Assembly: GCF_009914755.1 (NCBI RefSeq)
Contig: NC_060935.1
Direction: 5' to 3' (one strand)
Length of the DNA: 64,000 nucleotides
DNA from: the human T2T-CHM13v2.0 reference genome, Homo sapiens
The translations under genes were made by a program, and so were the position numbers. The notes below the pieces were generated by a model. The model was not told the origin of the DNA and did no database searches. It saw nothing but the letters and a program-made list of their open reading frames with translations. Shown here in pieces: positions 43,935 to 61,705 of the stretch (positions are counted from its first letter, which is position 1; each line of letters starts with the position of its first letter).

Positions 43935-46900
43935 CCTTGCTATTCTCTAGAGTCATGCTGTCAGTCAAGTGTGATGGATCCTTCCAGACCTCTTCATACA
44001 AATATTTATATCCATAGACGTAGCCTCAACTTAATTTTTTTTTAAGATATAAAAGGTATAATATTCAGCAACTTGCTTTTCCCGTTAACACTATATCATG
44101 ACCCTCTTTCCATGCTAACTAAATTGTGTCATGAGAGAACTTGAACTTCTGTTAGAAACAGGGAAAGACCTTTTATTATAAAAGAGAATAAATAGCTTTA
44201 ACAACACAGGTCAGATTCAAACCTAGAGTTAAAATATCTCCTTAGACGGTTCTGCCCATTTTCCTTTACTCCCTGGCTTCCTTCTCTAGACGATACTTCT
44301 GCAGACATTTAAGAAAAATCATGGGCCCTTTTAAACACCACATAGAATGGGGATAAATTCATGTTATAACCAATCCTAGATATAAATAAGGCCAAGTAGC
44401 TTCCTCAACATAGGCCAAGGTCGCTGCTGCACCTGCCTCCTGTTCACTCAGACGTGGCTTTGCCCAAGTGTCCTAACCACAAGAGGTGAATTCGATTTAG
44501 ATTGAGATTTATATATGTTAAATCTATTCTTAGCTAGAAATAAAATCTCCTGACGTCAGACACACAAAATGGTTTTGGTATTTATGCAGTTCAAGTAAAT
44601 GGGGAAGCCTAGAATACTTCTAACTTCAGTCTTTCCACATGAAATATGGAATGAAGTATCTAGAATGAAACTGGGACTCCCAGACCTGTCTGCCTACCTC
44701 TGTCCCTAGTAATGAATGCCGTTCCCCTGTCACTTGCCTTTTTATTTACCAGGTGTCAACAGCAAACCCAAGAAGGCTGAAGAAAAATGGGAAGTGTGAG
44801 AAGAAAATGTGTTGAAATTGACAGTGTGGCTTATAAGTTCTTGTTGAAAAGGGATGAATAAAAATATCTCTAGATTTGTATCCTTCATTGTCCGTTAAGA
44901 AGTCTTTGTTTTGAAAAGAATGGGAGGATCAGTCTTTGGAGCATTATTTTGAACATAATTAAGCTGGGTGAAAGTGTATTAAAAAATCAGCATCCTAGAA
45001 CTGTCTTTGGCAGTTTCCTGTTATTATCTTATTAATACTGGAGATGAACGTATGAATCAAGCTGGTGAACCCTACGGAAACTGAACCTTTTTTTCCAGTT
45101 GGATGGGGAATATTTCTCTAGTCTCTAGTCCAGCAATAAACACATTTTAAACAAGTGTTTTCCATTCTTGTGACCAATGTAATATCTTTTCTTTTCCCTG
45201 CAGAGACAACAGTCTCCAGAGTTTGGTACAACAGTTCACGGTTGTCGAAGCTTTCAGTTTCTTTTCCTATTTGAATCTCACACTACTCTAAGAGAGGGTT
45301 GAGAAAGTGATTTGCTAAAGGTCACACATTGGTCCAGGGATTTGCACATTATTCTGTGATTCAGGGGACAGATCACCTAGCTACACAACTAAAACTAGCT
45401 CCAGTATGGGGCCTCAGGCCATGGGGGAATCCCAGGTGACATATTCGTAATAGGAATGAAATATAACCAGGCCACGTGGATGCTATAATTAATTGATAGA
45501 AATAACAGCTAATACTTTTGAGCATTTACTGTTTGTATCAGTTCATTTGATTCTCATACCAACCCTATGAAGTAGGTTCTGCAATTATCCCCATGTTTCA
45601 GAAGAGAGAACTGAGGCACAGAATAACTTAACAGTAACTGGTTCAGTGTCTCCCAGTTAACTGGCAGAGTAGAGATTGGAACCCAGGCAGTTCGATTCCA
45701 GAGCCCACACTCTGCTTCATGATATTGCCCTCCAGGATATTAAGAGGCTAAGGTTACTGGCTGTGCATCTCCTGGGCCCAGTGCCTCTTCTTCCTATGGC
45801 CCAGTTCATCCTTCTGCCTCTTTCTGGAGACTGGCTTTTTCTGCTTCCCCATAGCTTCTTGGTTCCCCTGACAATAAACCTTGCACGGGGCTTTTCACTT
45901 GCTGTGGTGCTCACTGCAGCCAGAGTGGGCAAGCCTCTTTAGTTTAAACGCCCACCATCAAGACTCTGCCCCAGTTCCACATTCCCATGAGGGAGAATCA
46001 AGCTGCTGCAATCTGGCCAATGGAATTAGGGAAACTACCTCTCATCCATTCAGCAGAGGCCAGAGGAGAAGGGGCACATGGTATAAAAATGCCTTCTTAG
46101 CCTGATCCCCCTTTCACCATGGCCTTGGTAGAGGTCAGTTTTAAATGTCAGTTTGGAGGGCAAACTTCTGAACATTTGTCTCCTCCTTCGTAGCAGTAAA
46201 AGACAACTTCACATGTTGGTAAGCTTGTTCTATGGAAGATAACAATGACAGGTGGCCTGCTTGATAGTGTTGGCCAATTTTCCTTGTATAAATACTCCCA
46301 CCATGGCTGATTTCAAGCTACTAACATGATAATGGAGTTGGGAAGTGATGCCTCAACTGGCTCAGCTCTGATGTGACCTGGCCCTGGCACACCAATGCTC
46401 CTATCCATATATGGGCTAGAGGAAGGGAAGCTTCCACAGTAGGTGCACGATGTCTCCAAGGACTTTGAAACCTAGGCTTCACAGGCCAGTCAACTAGTTG
46501 CATTTGTAATTATGTAAAAGGGAATAAGATTTCAAGGTAGAGAGGATGGGAGTCAGATTTGCTGCGTGGTCTAAAACAGCTTCAAATACTGTGTATAGTC
46601 CCAATGGTACAACCTAGTAGGCACTCAGCGATGCTTTATAAAAAATTGCAATTTCCTTTGATTATGGTGTCTCACTTGTGACATATAATTAACCCTTTCA
46701 CTGAATTTAAGACGTCAGACCTAATTTTCTTGAATGAGCATTGGTTTGGTTTTCTGGCACGGAAAGGTGTAATTTTTCTTTGCTTCCAGATGTCAGCAGC
46801 TCCTCCTCCTTTGCTGTCATCATGTCATCATGTTTCAAACCTAGGGATGCGGAGTCCACGTGGTACCCTAGTAGATGTCTTTTAGTTGGATACACATTAT

Positions 46901-49563
46901 TAGTCTCAATTGGAGGCTTTTATTTATGATCATAAGGCCATCTCTCAGTTCATGTAATTATGCTAAAAGCCAAGACAGTCATGTGACTGCCACTTCCGAC
47001 GGCGTGTCTGGTGCTTTAACAGATCTCAAGGCCTGTCTGATTGGCTCTTTTCATTTGCACATCTGAGAAGGAGACTGGGAGTCTTGGCTTCAGTGTGCTG
47101 CTTAAGATGCTGCCGACATTCCCCATCTTTCCTCCTGATGTGATGATGTTGCTAACCTTGGCCAGCTCTCACAACGGGTCGTGTTGGTCACTGGGAGATG
47201 CAGGGAGGAAGTGTCAACAGTGTGGATCTCTTACCCTCCTTAGACATGGAACTCCCAGTGTCCTACTGATGGAAGGTCAGTGTCTTTACCTATAAAAATA
47301 GCACAATTAATTTATTCTTTTAATTTCCCATGGGGCATAGCAAGAGAAAAATTTTTACAAGATTCTTCTTTCACATTTTATTGAAGATTTGTCCTAGTTT
47401 GTGAATATGTAGACTTCTGAATAAGAAGACTAACATTTATGAGACAGCTATTATTGTGTTAGTCACTGGATCAAGGGTTTAATCTTATTGAGTCCCCATG
47501 ACGATGACACTGTCAGATAGTTCTTGCCCATTTTGCTTGGAGGAAGTTGAGATTGAGAGAACATGTAAAAACCAACTGGCCTAAGGGCACATTGCTTGTA
47601 AGTAGTGGAGCTGGGATTTGAAACTAGATCTGATTACAATGTAAATATATTATCAGTTATACAGTGCAGTCCTTCCCTGCCCACCCAACATTTTATGAAG
47701 TTGTCAAACACACGGAAAAGTAGAAAGAACAATATAGTAAACACCCCTATATCTACCATCTAAATGGTGCAATTAACATTTTGCTTTATCATATATCTGT
47801 CTGTCCCACTATCCATCAATTCATCTTATTTTTGATGTATTCAGAGTAAGTTGCAGACATCAGTACATGTCACCCCTAAATACTTTCGCATACCTGTCAT
47901 TGATTAGGGTTCAGTATTTGTTTATGACTCTTTTTCTGAGGTAAATTTTACATACAATGAAATACAAAACTCTTGAGTACATTTTCTTGAGTTTTTACAA
48001 ATGTATACACCTGTGTATCCCAAATCCCTGTCAAGATATAGCATGTGACCATGACCCCAAAAAGTAAGTTTTCTTTTGCCCTTCTGCAGACATTCCCATC
48101 TCTTCTCACTCGCCCCACCCAATCCAAGCAACCATGGTTTGATTTTGTTTTTCACCATAGTTTAGTTTTTATATCACGCAGTTTAAAAAACAACCAGATT
48201 GCCAGTTTTCTTTGTTCTGCAGCAAAAGATAAAAGTGAGTATCTATCCTGCGTGTCTTGAATTCCCGGGCTCAAGTGATCTGCCTGTCTCAGCTTCCCAA
48301 AGTGCTGGGATTACAGGTGTGAGCCACTGGGCCTAGCTGCTGATTGCATTTCTGAACACTTTCATAATTCTGACAATTTTCTGTCTTTGCTGCCTTATTT
48401 CAGACCCTCCCTCCTTTTGGTCCACGTTCTTACCAAAGCTGCATCTCCTAATTGTCCCCTGTCTCTAGTCTTGTCCCCCTTTAAACCAGCCTCGTCCTCC
48501 AGCCAGAGATTCTTATAAAATATAAATCGGCCCAAACCTTTTGTCGGCTCTTCATAACTCAGTTTGACTTCATTGCTTAGCAATCTGGGTCCTTTATGAA
48601 TGAACCACCTCCAACTCACACCTGCCGCTATAGCGAGGCTTGCAGTTTCCCCAGAGCCCTTTGCGCCCTTTACATTTTATTCTTTCTGCCTGGGAAGCCC
48701 TTCCCAGCCTTGTCTGCATGATTACCATCTACACTTCTTCAAGACTCAACTCAGGTGTTAGGCCTGCAGGCAGCCTTCCCTGGCATGCACTCTGCCCTCT
48801 GCCTTAGGAGTTAGATGCCGTCTTCTCTGCTTCTGTCTCCTGGGCCATCCTTGAGGTCTCCTGGCCCGTCTCCTTCATCAGACTGTGAACTCGTCAGAGC
48901 AGTGGTTCTCAAAAGGTAATCCCGGGTACAATGGGGTCCTGGAAACCCCTTCACAACTGTGATCAATGTGTTAAAAACTATTTTGGTTATAAGTGAGGAC
49001 ACACACGGTTATTAGCCATGTCTACTAGAAGAAACAATGAGCTAAGTACCTAGTGGGACAACTTGCTTAGAGAAAGAGGGAGGAAGATACTATAAAGTCA
49101 AGCCAGCACTAAGGAACAACCGAGGCATGTTGCCTCCCGGGCATAGAAGACAATGTTCAGGAAGAAGAGCAGGAAGCAGTGCTACTTATACCGTGTAAAG
49201 GTGGGATAAGTGTGGAGTCAGTTTAAGGTCTAGGGTACGAAGGTGTGCAGACAACCCCGAAAACTTGAGAGCCGCTCTCTTAAAAGCTGGGATTATGTTT
49301 TATTTGTCTTAGCACAGGGTCTTGCACATACATAGTAGATACAGGATAATTGTGTATATAAAGGAAGGAAGAGAATCTCCTGGTATGTTCTCACAGTACC
49401 TCTGAAAACCTGTTGTGTTATTCCTGCTCTTTAAACCTTTTTGACCATTCTGCCTACAAATATGCATGGATAGCACAGCACTAGCGGTGGGATGGAGTAC
49501 AGGCATCACAAGCCAGGTACTAACTTCTCTCCACAGATGGGTTTTCAAAAATTAAACACTTGT

Positions 49564-49911
49564 GGCTGGGCGCAATGGCTCACACCTGTAATCCCAGCAC
49601 TTTGAGAGGCTGAGGCCAGAGGATCGCTTGAGCCCTGAAATTTGAAAGCAGCCTCGGCAACATGGTGAGGCCCCCTCTCTACCAAAAACTAAACAAAACA
49701 AAACAAAAATTAGCTTGGTGTGGTGGTGTGCACCTATAGTCCTAGCTACTAGGGAGGATGAGGTGGGAGGATCACTTGAGCCCAGGAGGCAGAGGCTGCA
49801 GTGATCTGAGATCATGCCACTACACCCCAGCCTGGACAACAGAGCCAGATCCTAACTCATAAATAATAAATAAATAAATAAATAAATAAATAAACAAACA
49901 ATAAACAATAA
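49564..49911 (+). mobile_element. Alu (AluJ-like), (TAAA)n tail, TSD aaacacttgt
   Basis: Alu consensus plus direct repeats. Confidence 0.9.
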
Positions 49912-50119
49912 ACACTTGTCAAACAAAATGAAACATCACTTAAAAATCAAGAGCTTTTCCATAAAGAAAAGTCAGGATTTCTAGGTTCCCTTGAAATAGT
50001 CAGAAGTTTAACCATACTGGTCCTATATTTCTGGATGGCCACACTTGGCTGAAGCTTAGTAGTGGTGCCTCTTTTAGACGGGGCATCTGTCACGGCTCCT
50101 GTTTGTCCCATTTCACTCT

Positions 50120-50520
50120 CATATTGGCTGTGATGAGCTAACTGTGGTAACAAACCAACCCCCAAATCTACAATGGCTTAAAGCCAGAGAAGTTTATTTC
50201 TCACTCACATAAAGACAAAATGAGTGTTCCTGATGGGCAGAGAGCTCTCTTTAAAGCAGTGATTCGGGGACCCAGGGTCCTTCCATTTTGTGGCTTTGCC
50301 ATATTCAGTCTGTGGCTCCCAAGGCTGCCCTGCTTGTCTGCGTGCAGCAGATGGAAGCAGACAGAGTAACAGGTCCCTAAGTGATGTGTAGCATTCTGTG
50401 CACATTCCATGGGTTAGTGCTCTGTGACTTGGCCATAGTGACCTGCAGGGAGAGGCTGAAACACGTAATCTTAGAGTGGTCCCAGAAAGTAGAGGTAACA
50501 GGTTTGGCGAACAGCCAGCT
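50120..50520. mobile_element. Old MLT1 LTR
   Basis: ctgtggtaacaaaccaacccccaaatctacaatggcttaaa...aagtttatttctcactcaca. Confidence 0.6.
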
Positions 50521-52159
50521 GTTACCTGACCCAATTCATTTCTTTCATCTACTTGGCCCTTTGGTATTTGAGTTTGCAATCCCTGCTTTTAACAGCAACA
50601 GGCTTTGGAGATAAGGAAACCTAGGTTCAAATCACTATAATGTCAACTCTAGCAGGACAGGAACTTAATCTGTTTTGTTCACTGCCTAGAGCAGTCTCTG
50701 GCACACAGTAGGTGCTCAATAAGTCTTTGTTGATTATATGAATGACTTCCTTCTGCCTGTAGCAATAATAATAGCTAACACTTAATGTTCATAACGTGCT
50801 TAACTCTGTGAGTAGGTTGGGTGCTATCTCAGGAAAAAGGTGCTAAGATTTGAACAGCCATAAGGTAAATGTGAAAATTATTTTCTTTTTCTCTTCTCTC
50901 TAGTTTTCAGGATGTTTCTGGAACTCTCTTTCATCTATATATCGATGAGAAAATGTAACATTTTCTTTTTCATATTTTAGAAGGCTTTCTATAATATGAA
51001 AAGAAGGCTATTTCTTTAACATATTTTAGAAGGAAGGCTTTATTTTTTATTTCCTTAGGTTTTTGGAGAACAGGTGGTATTTGGTTACATGAGTAAGGAG
51101 AAAACGTAACATGTTTTCTTATTGGCTGACTGCTAGGGTGAAAAAAACAGCTGTTTTCAACTTCTTGTAGTTTCGGTAGACAAATGGTTGTTACCTCAAG
51201 ATAAGATTTTTTTTTCCTGTATGTAGTAAATTCTGATTAAATTGGACTCAGTTGTACTTCAAGTGGATTGTAGTCTGCTGTCTTCTGTTTGGCAAAAAAG
51301 TTAGTGTTATTTTCAAAGTCACCTTGACATCTTTTCGTCGTACTCAGCACAGAGGGCAGAAGGTCCAATAGTTTTCCTGCAGTTTGAGGTCCTGATGGTG
51401 GTACATGCGAAGTGTAATTTCTTTGTTGTTATTGTTGTGACTTTCTGATTTATTTGGGGGCAGGTTTGAGGTTAACTGGAAGGAATTGGTTGTATTTTTT
51501 TCTTTCCCCATAGGAATACAAGTAAAATTCCTCATACCTTGTTATCCCTGGTGTTGTGTCTTTGCTAGTTATTATGGGACCAGATAGCCTAAAGACCTCA
51601 CCTAGAGCAACTTAAGGTGATAGCACCCATGTTCCGGGCAGCAGGAAGTGAATTACCTTTGCATGAAGTATGTCCTATTACAGGACCATCAGACCATTGG
51701 AACCCCACCTTTCCCTTAATTGAAGGGGGCTACTGGAGTTGCAGGAGCTTAGCTGCAGGTCTCTTCCAGATGCTGCCTGAATCCCTTTTGCCAGAAAAAT
51801 ATCCATGAGAAGATTGAAAACTACAATAAAAATAGTGATGTATAAACACATAACTAAAATAAATAGATTACTACAATATTTACAGAAGTATTGTGAGAGG
51901 AAGAGATTAATGTGGATTTTGCTGGTAGAATTTCTAGTGAGTTGGGTTAATCGGAAGGAGGACCTTGAATAGAGGTTGAATGGAGAAAGTCTGACTTGAC
52001 GGGGTCTGGGATCCTTCTTATGGCATTGCGTAACTAGGACACAGCCTAAAGTAGGTAGAGTGAAGGGACTCAGCTGAACTTACTCTTCTCCCTTTAACTT
52101 ATCAATAGCATTAACTTTCTTTTTTTTTTCTCTTTCATTTAAAAGCTTCCAAAAAAAAT

Positions 52160-53695
<1,536 letters not shown>

Positions 53696-54371
53696 TGGTG
53701 GTTAGCTATTAGATAGTAACATCATATGTTAATATTGTTCAAAAATGTAAAAAAAAAAAAAAGGTAACATCAGGCCTGCATCCACTCTATACCAATGCTG
53801 CTGCTCCACATGGCTTATAACCAGTCTGGGGTAAGCTGAGTACAGGAACTAAAAGCTTAGAAACTTTTATGGCAATTAGGCATTGGCAGGACATCTGGGC
53901 ATGTGATCAGTGGATCTATCCCATAGAGCAGGAACTAGTCCAGTTTGGGTGTGATTGAACTCTCATGGTAAGGTGCAGATGGCATGAGCTATAGTAAAAG
54001 GACAGTTTGGTAGGTGATGGGTTGGAAAGTAAAAACAAGCAAGCAGAGAAACAAAGCACCAGTCCTTCCCCATGGATAGAGCTCTGCAATACTTGCTACC
54101 ACATTTTCGCTCACTCTTCTTCCATTCATAACCTAGTTAGAAGAAGAAAAATCGCCCATAGCCCCAAGAGTCTAACACAACCATTGATAGGATTGATATC
54201 TTTCCTTTCATCTTTTGCTTTTTGTGTGTACATGCCTTTTACAAATACATTTGTAACCATAATTCATCACAATCTCTGAATCTTAGGATTCAAGTTCCTA
54301 GTTGACATATTATGGCAATTTTTGTGTTTCGTATATAGTCTTAGTTAAAAAGACTTAATAATCAGTTATAG

Positions 54372-54728
<357 letters not shown>

Positions 54729-56655
54729 TAGTGTTTATAATGTCATGAGATTTTTGTGTTTTGGGGTGGAAAGAAGGGGAACGCTTTTCTCCTCTATTCT
54801 AAATTTTGCTGGTTTATTGCCAGGCAACCAAAGAAGAACTGCTAGAAGATAAATCAAATGTCCTCTTTAGGATTCTGTTCTCATTAATCCCACGAGTGGT
54901 GGTATATGCAGTTTTTATCCTCTGTTAGTTTTCTCTTTCAGATAAGATAAAATTCTTCTAAGTCCCCAAGCTTTCCTGGTGGCTGAGACTCCAGGAGATG
55001 AGCTGGCCATCTGGTGAAATGGACATCACCTCCTACACAGAGGCATCTCCCATGGTGGAATGTCATCCAAAGGGCCATGGTTCTGAATCCCCCAGCTCTG
55101 CCCGCTGTCAACTGGCCATCTGTTCCCCCTCACCCTCCAGGGTTTATTTTGGCTTTGCACGCTGACTGATGATCTCTTCTGAGTCACCTGTGCCTACCTT
55201 GGGCTTTTTTAATTTTTTTTAAATCCCTTCCCAAACCTTGGAAATGGTTCCAGATTGTACTCACTCAGTTTTGTGAATTCAGAAGGACGAAGATGAAGAA
55301 GATAGGAGGAGATGGCCATGTTTGGGTCAGATTCTTGTAGCACTCCGCTTCTCTTTGCTGTGGCACCTCCACTTTGTGGACTCAGCTTTTTAGCTAACGG
55401 TGTTGTGAAGCCAGCCCTTGCTAGAAAGGAGCTGACTCCGCTCATACTGCTAGGAAATCGACTTTTAATTCCTCACCAGTAAGTTGCTTATCTCAAGCCA
55501 TCTTTAAGAGAGATGTTTAATAATATGTTCAATGTTTATTATTAATTAATAGAAAAATAATTTCTAGAACAGTCTTGTTAGCTTCTGACCTTTCACGTAC
55601 AGCACATCTTTAAGAGTCATTGGTACCTACAAATGTGTAGAAATCAACCCATCACATATTTACAAAACATGCATGATGTGTTAAGTAAGACCAATGCTAG
55701 GTAAGGTTTCCAAAGTGATACCAGTAGTGCTTTGAAGGTATATAAGTAAGGACAGGGTTGCATGAAAATAGCTAATTGAATATGAAAGCTTAAGTATCCA
55801 GGCACAAAATAAGTGGTACAGAAACTAAATGAACTGGGCTATCAAATTTAGCATCCACTTTACCCTGGGTTACAATGGGAATGGACTGCTGGTGTCCCTA
55901 ATGGTAAGAACTTGTCTGAAATAACAACTTCTACTGAGTGTCTGTGACTTGGGACCTCATGGTCTAGGATAATGCTAGGGGTCTTGTGGGAACTTCTGAG
56001 TCATTGATTTTTACCAGAGCAGGTCTTAGAGAATCATGTACCAGCAACAGAATCTTTTAAAGCAAAGTTGGCATTTTGCTTCTGAAATATATTCTTACCC
56101 ACAGCACATAGTAGAAATTGTGGATTAAAATTATCTTAAAAGTGTTCTTACTTGAATTACCTAAAACTGTAGAATGTCTTTGCTGAAAAACTCTGTTTCA
56201 TCCAAATTATAGTAATAGTAATAGTTTCCACTTATTCTGCCAGCATTTCCCATGATCCAGACACTGTGCAGGGTGCCTGAGATGCTTATATGGCATTTAA
56301 TCTTCACAGACCTCTTATGAGGTAAGAACTGTCATTATTCACATTTTGCAAATGGGGAAGCCGAGGCTTAGAGAGGTGATATAACTTGCCCAGGACCACA
56401 TAGCATAATGTTGGATCTGTCCTTCTGAACCCAAGGCCTGTGCTCCTGTCCACTGCTAAGCTGAATGCTCTCCATGACTGTATCTGCCTTTCCTCTGCCC
56501 CATGAGCTGCGTCCCAGGTCTAAGGATGAGATGAAGCAATTGTGTCTGATGGGCATGTATTGCTGTGGGCATTACAGAGGCTTTTCACATCCGTTGTCTC
56601 TGTAGTATGATCTGGCCACAAAGGGTGAAGGTGTGAGTAAGCGTGGCTGTGGCTC

Positions 56656-56870
56656 ATATTATATATATATATATGTAAAATATATCTCATATGATATGTA
56701 TTATATATTAATATAGTATATATAAATACATTATATTTATACAATATATAAAATATATTTATATATAAAATATATAATAGATATAAAATATACATATATT
56801 TGAAGGTGTTGGTCAGAACATTTTATCATATTTTATATCTATTATATATTTTATATATTATATCTATTCA
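56656..56870. repeat. AT-rich, (TA)n low-complexity tract
   Basis: Directly visible. Confidence 0.85.
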
Positions 56871-57042
56871 TAGGTTCCCCATCAGTATCATTTCCAATTT
56901 CCATACACGGCTCTTCTGAATGAGTCTCCTTGAGCCTTTTAACCTCCCTCCAGACACCCAGTCCACCTTAGATGGCTTTTGTGGTACCTTTTTCACCTGT
57001 TCACTCCTTAAATGTGGGTGTGCTGTCAGGTTCTGTCCTAGC

Positions 57043-58375
<1,333 letters not shown>

Positions 58376-58639
58376 TTGTACCCTGCACCCACAGAGCTTA
58401 CTTTCTTGGAGTACCTCTAATTTGGCTTTTTGTTTCACGCCTATGTCTTGTCACATACTCCCCCCTGGTTAAAGCTCACACGAGAGGCAATACTCTTTTC
58501 TGAGGATCTTGACAACAGAGTAAGATTATGGTTTCATCCTTAGTCATTTGGCTTGGGGTCCATGAACCCCTAGGGTAGTCTCTTCTAAATTATTTTGATA
58601 ATGTACAATAAGAACTACATTTTACATTTTGACCCAGCA

Positions 58640-59470
58640 TGCGTGTGCATACACACACACAGACATACACAGACACACGCACCCACACATGCAGACACAG
58701 ACACAAACACACATATGCAGACACACACACAGACACAGACACACACAGACACAGACACACACACACACACACACGCAGACACACAGACACGCAGACACAG
58801 ATACACATACAGACATACACACAGGGACACACACAGAGACTCAGGGACACACACACACAGACACACAGACATAGACATATGCAGACACACACAGACACAC
58901 ACATGCAGACACAGACACACATGGACACACACATGCAGACACGCGGACAGACACACAGACACAGAGACACACACGCAGACAGAGACACAGACATACACAG
59001 AGACCCAGGGACACACACACACATATGCAGACACAGAAACACACAGACACACATAGACACATGCACACACACATGCAGACACACACAGACACACGCACAC
59101 ACATGCAGACAGACAGACACACGGACATACACGGACACAGACACACACGGACACACACATGCAGACACACGCAGACAGACACACACAGACACATGCAGAC
59201 AGACACATACAGGGACACACATGGACATGGACACACAGACACACAGACACGCACACAGAGACATACATGCAGACACACACAGGGACACAGACGCAGAAAC
59301 AGACACACATCAGACACACACACATAGACACACAGACACACATGGACAGACACGCAGACACACACACGCACAGACACACAGACACGCATGGACAGACATG
59401 CAGACATGGACACACACCGACACGCAAAGGGACACACACAGACACACACACAGACATAACACCCACACCT
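58640..59470. repeat. Complex CA-rich microsatellite (CACACAGA/CACATG variants), ~830 bp, within a hAT-Charlie-like element
   Basis: Directly visible; right flank ...catgacccactaaattgatttcat...tttgaaaaaacactg resembles a Charlie4-type end. Confidence 0.9.
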
Positions 59471-60068
59471 ACAACTGATAAAAAGGGTGAGGAAATAATA
59501 CATGACCTCTCTTCCATACTTTTTTCCTCTGCTTTTCCCTTTGCTTCTCCTCCTTCTCTTCCTCCCTTTCTTTCTTTTTCTTCCAAGTTGCTCATGACCC
59601 ACTAAATTGATTTCATCACCCATTAGTAGGTCACAGTTCATACTTTGAAAAAACACTGTTCTTGAGGAGAGAGCTATAAATCCTTGAAATTATATGTTTA
59701 AATCTAGTGTATACCATACCTTTGTTTTTCCAGGAGACAGGAAGTTTCTAAGCATTCGGCTTTCCAAGGGGGCCATGATGAAAACAGATTTCATAACCAC
59801 TGATTTAGGTATTTTATTTTCAATGGGATTTGAGGTCACCAGGTTCATGCACCCATAGAAATTAGTGATAATTATTTGAAATGTGGGCCTCTGTGTCAGA
59901 CGTCTGACATGGCCTATACTGTTTGTTGCTAAATGAAGTTAATATTTGCAGAATCTCAGGGAGGGTGGAATGGATCCTTTAAATCTCCTGTACCCATGAG
60001 AAGGTGAAAAGCTATGTGAGGCACATAAAAAGGATTTACTTGGTGAAAGAGTTTCAATAAAATCTTCA

Positions 60069-60392
<324 letters not shown>

Positions 60393-60557
60393 TTAAAGTC
60401 AGATAAGTACAGACAATTCATGGAAAAAAATAAAAAGAAAAAGAGATGAAGGTCGTGAATAGACAATACCATAGCAAGATTCAGGTAAAACAAACAAAAA
60501 CTATATAAGGTGTTTATAATCACAACAATAATGAAAAACAAAATAAAAGTTATTTAA

Positions 60558-60882
<325 letters not shown>

Positions 60883-61381
60883 TCAGATAAAATAACCCAG
60901 AAAATGTTTTATTTTCATTTTGTTATATTGTTTTTGTTTTGGCTTATATGAAACCATTATTCAACACCTGTCTTGGTAATAGGAATGAAGAAAATAGTAG
61001 TGAACAGAATAAATATTCTTGCCCTCAGGATGTTCCAATCCAGAAAAGGGGAGTGAGAAATAAAAATAGAGAATCACTAAAGCATTGGTGTAAACAGAAT
61101 AAATACCATAAATGCATTGCTGCCAAAGAATATAACAGAAAACCAAATTAGGTTTGTGGGAGGGGTTGTGTAGCGAGATAACAAAAAAGACATTACAGAA
61201 TGACCAAGATTATTTTGAGCTACAAAATTATTAAGCAGTGGTTTTGAGTAACAGAATTAAAAACAGCTGCTGTAATAGACTAACAAAAAAATTCCAGATT
61301 CAATATCCTCTAGTAATGTCTTTTATGTTATTTCCCTACACTTTTTTTTTTTTTTTTTTTTAACATAATACACTGCTTCTA

Positions 61382-61705
<324 letters not shown>

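Noticed and set aside
44551-44558. Full CRE TGACGTCA
   Set aside because: A single 8-mer without supporting context
45181-45230. Strong-looking splice acceptor (tttcttttccctgcag) in KIAA1549L intron 1
   Set aside because: No convincing partner donor or recursive AG|GTAAG motif; pseudo-acceptors are common
58590-59656. Several 150-330 aa ORFs rich in His-Thr or Cys-Val
   Set aside because: Translations of the CA-rich microsatellite
59894-59909. Perfect 16-bp palindrome TGTCAGACGTCTGACA (MEIS/TGIF- and SMAD-like half sites)
   Set aside because: About one such palindrome is expected by chance in 64 kb (64000/4^8)
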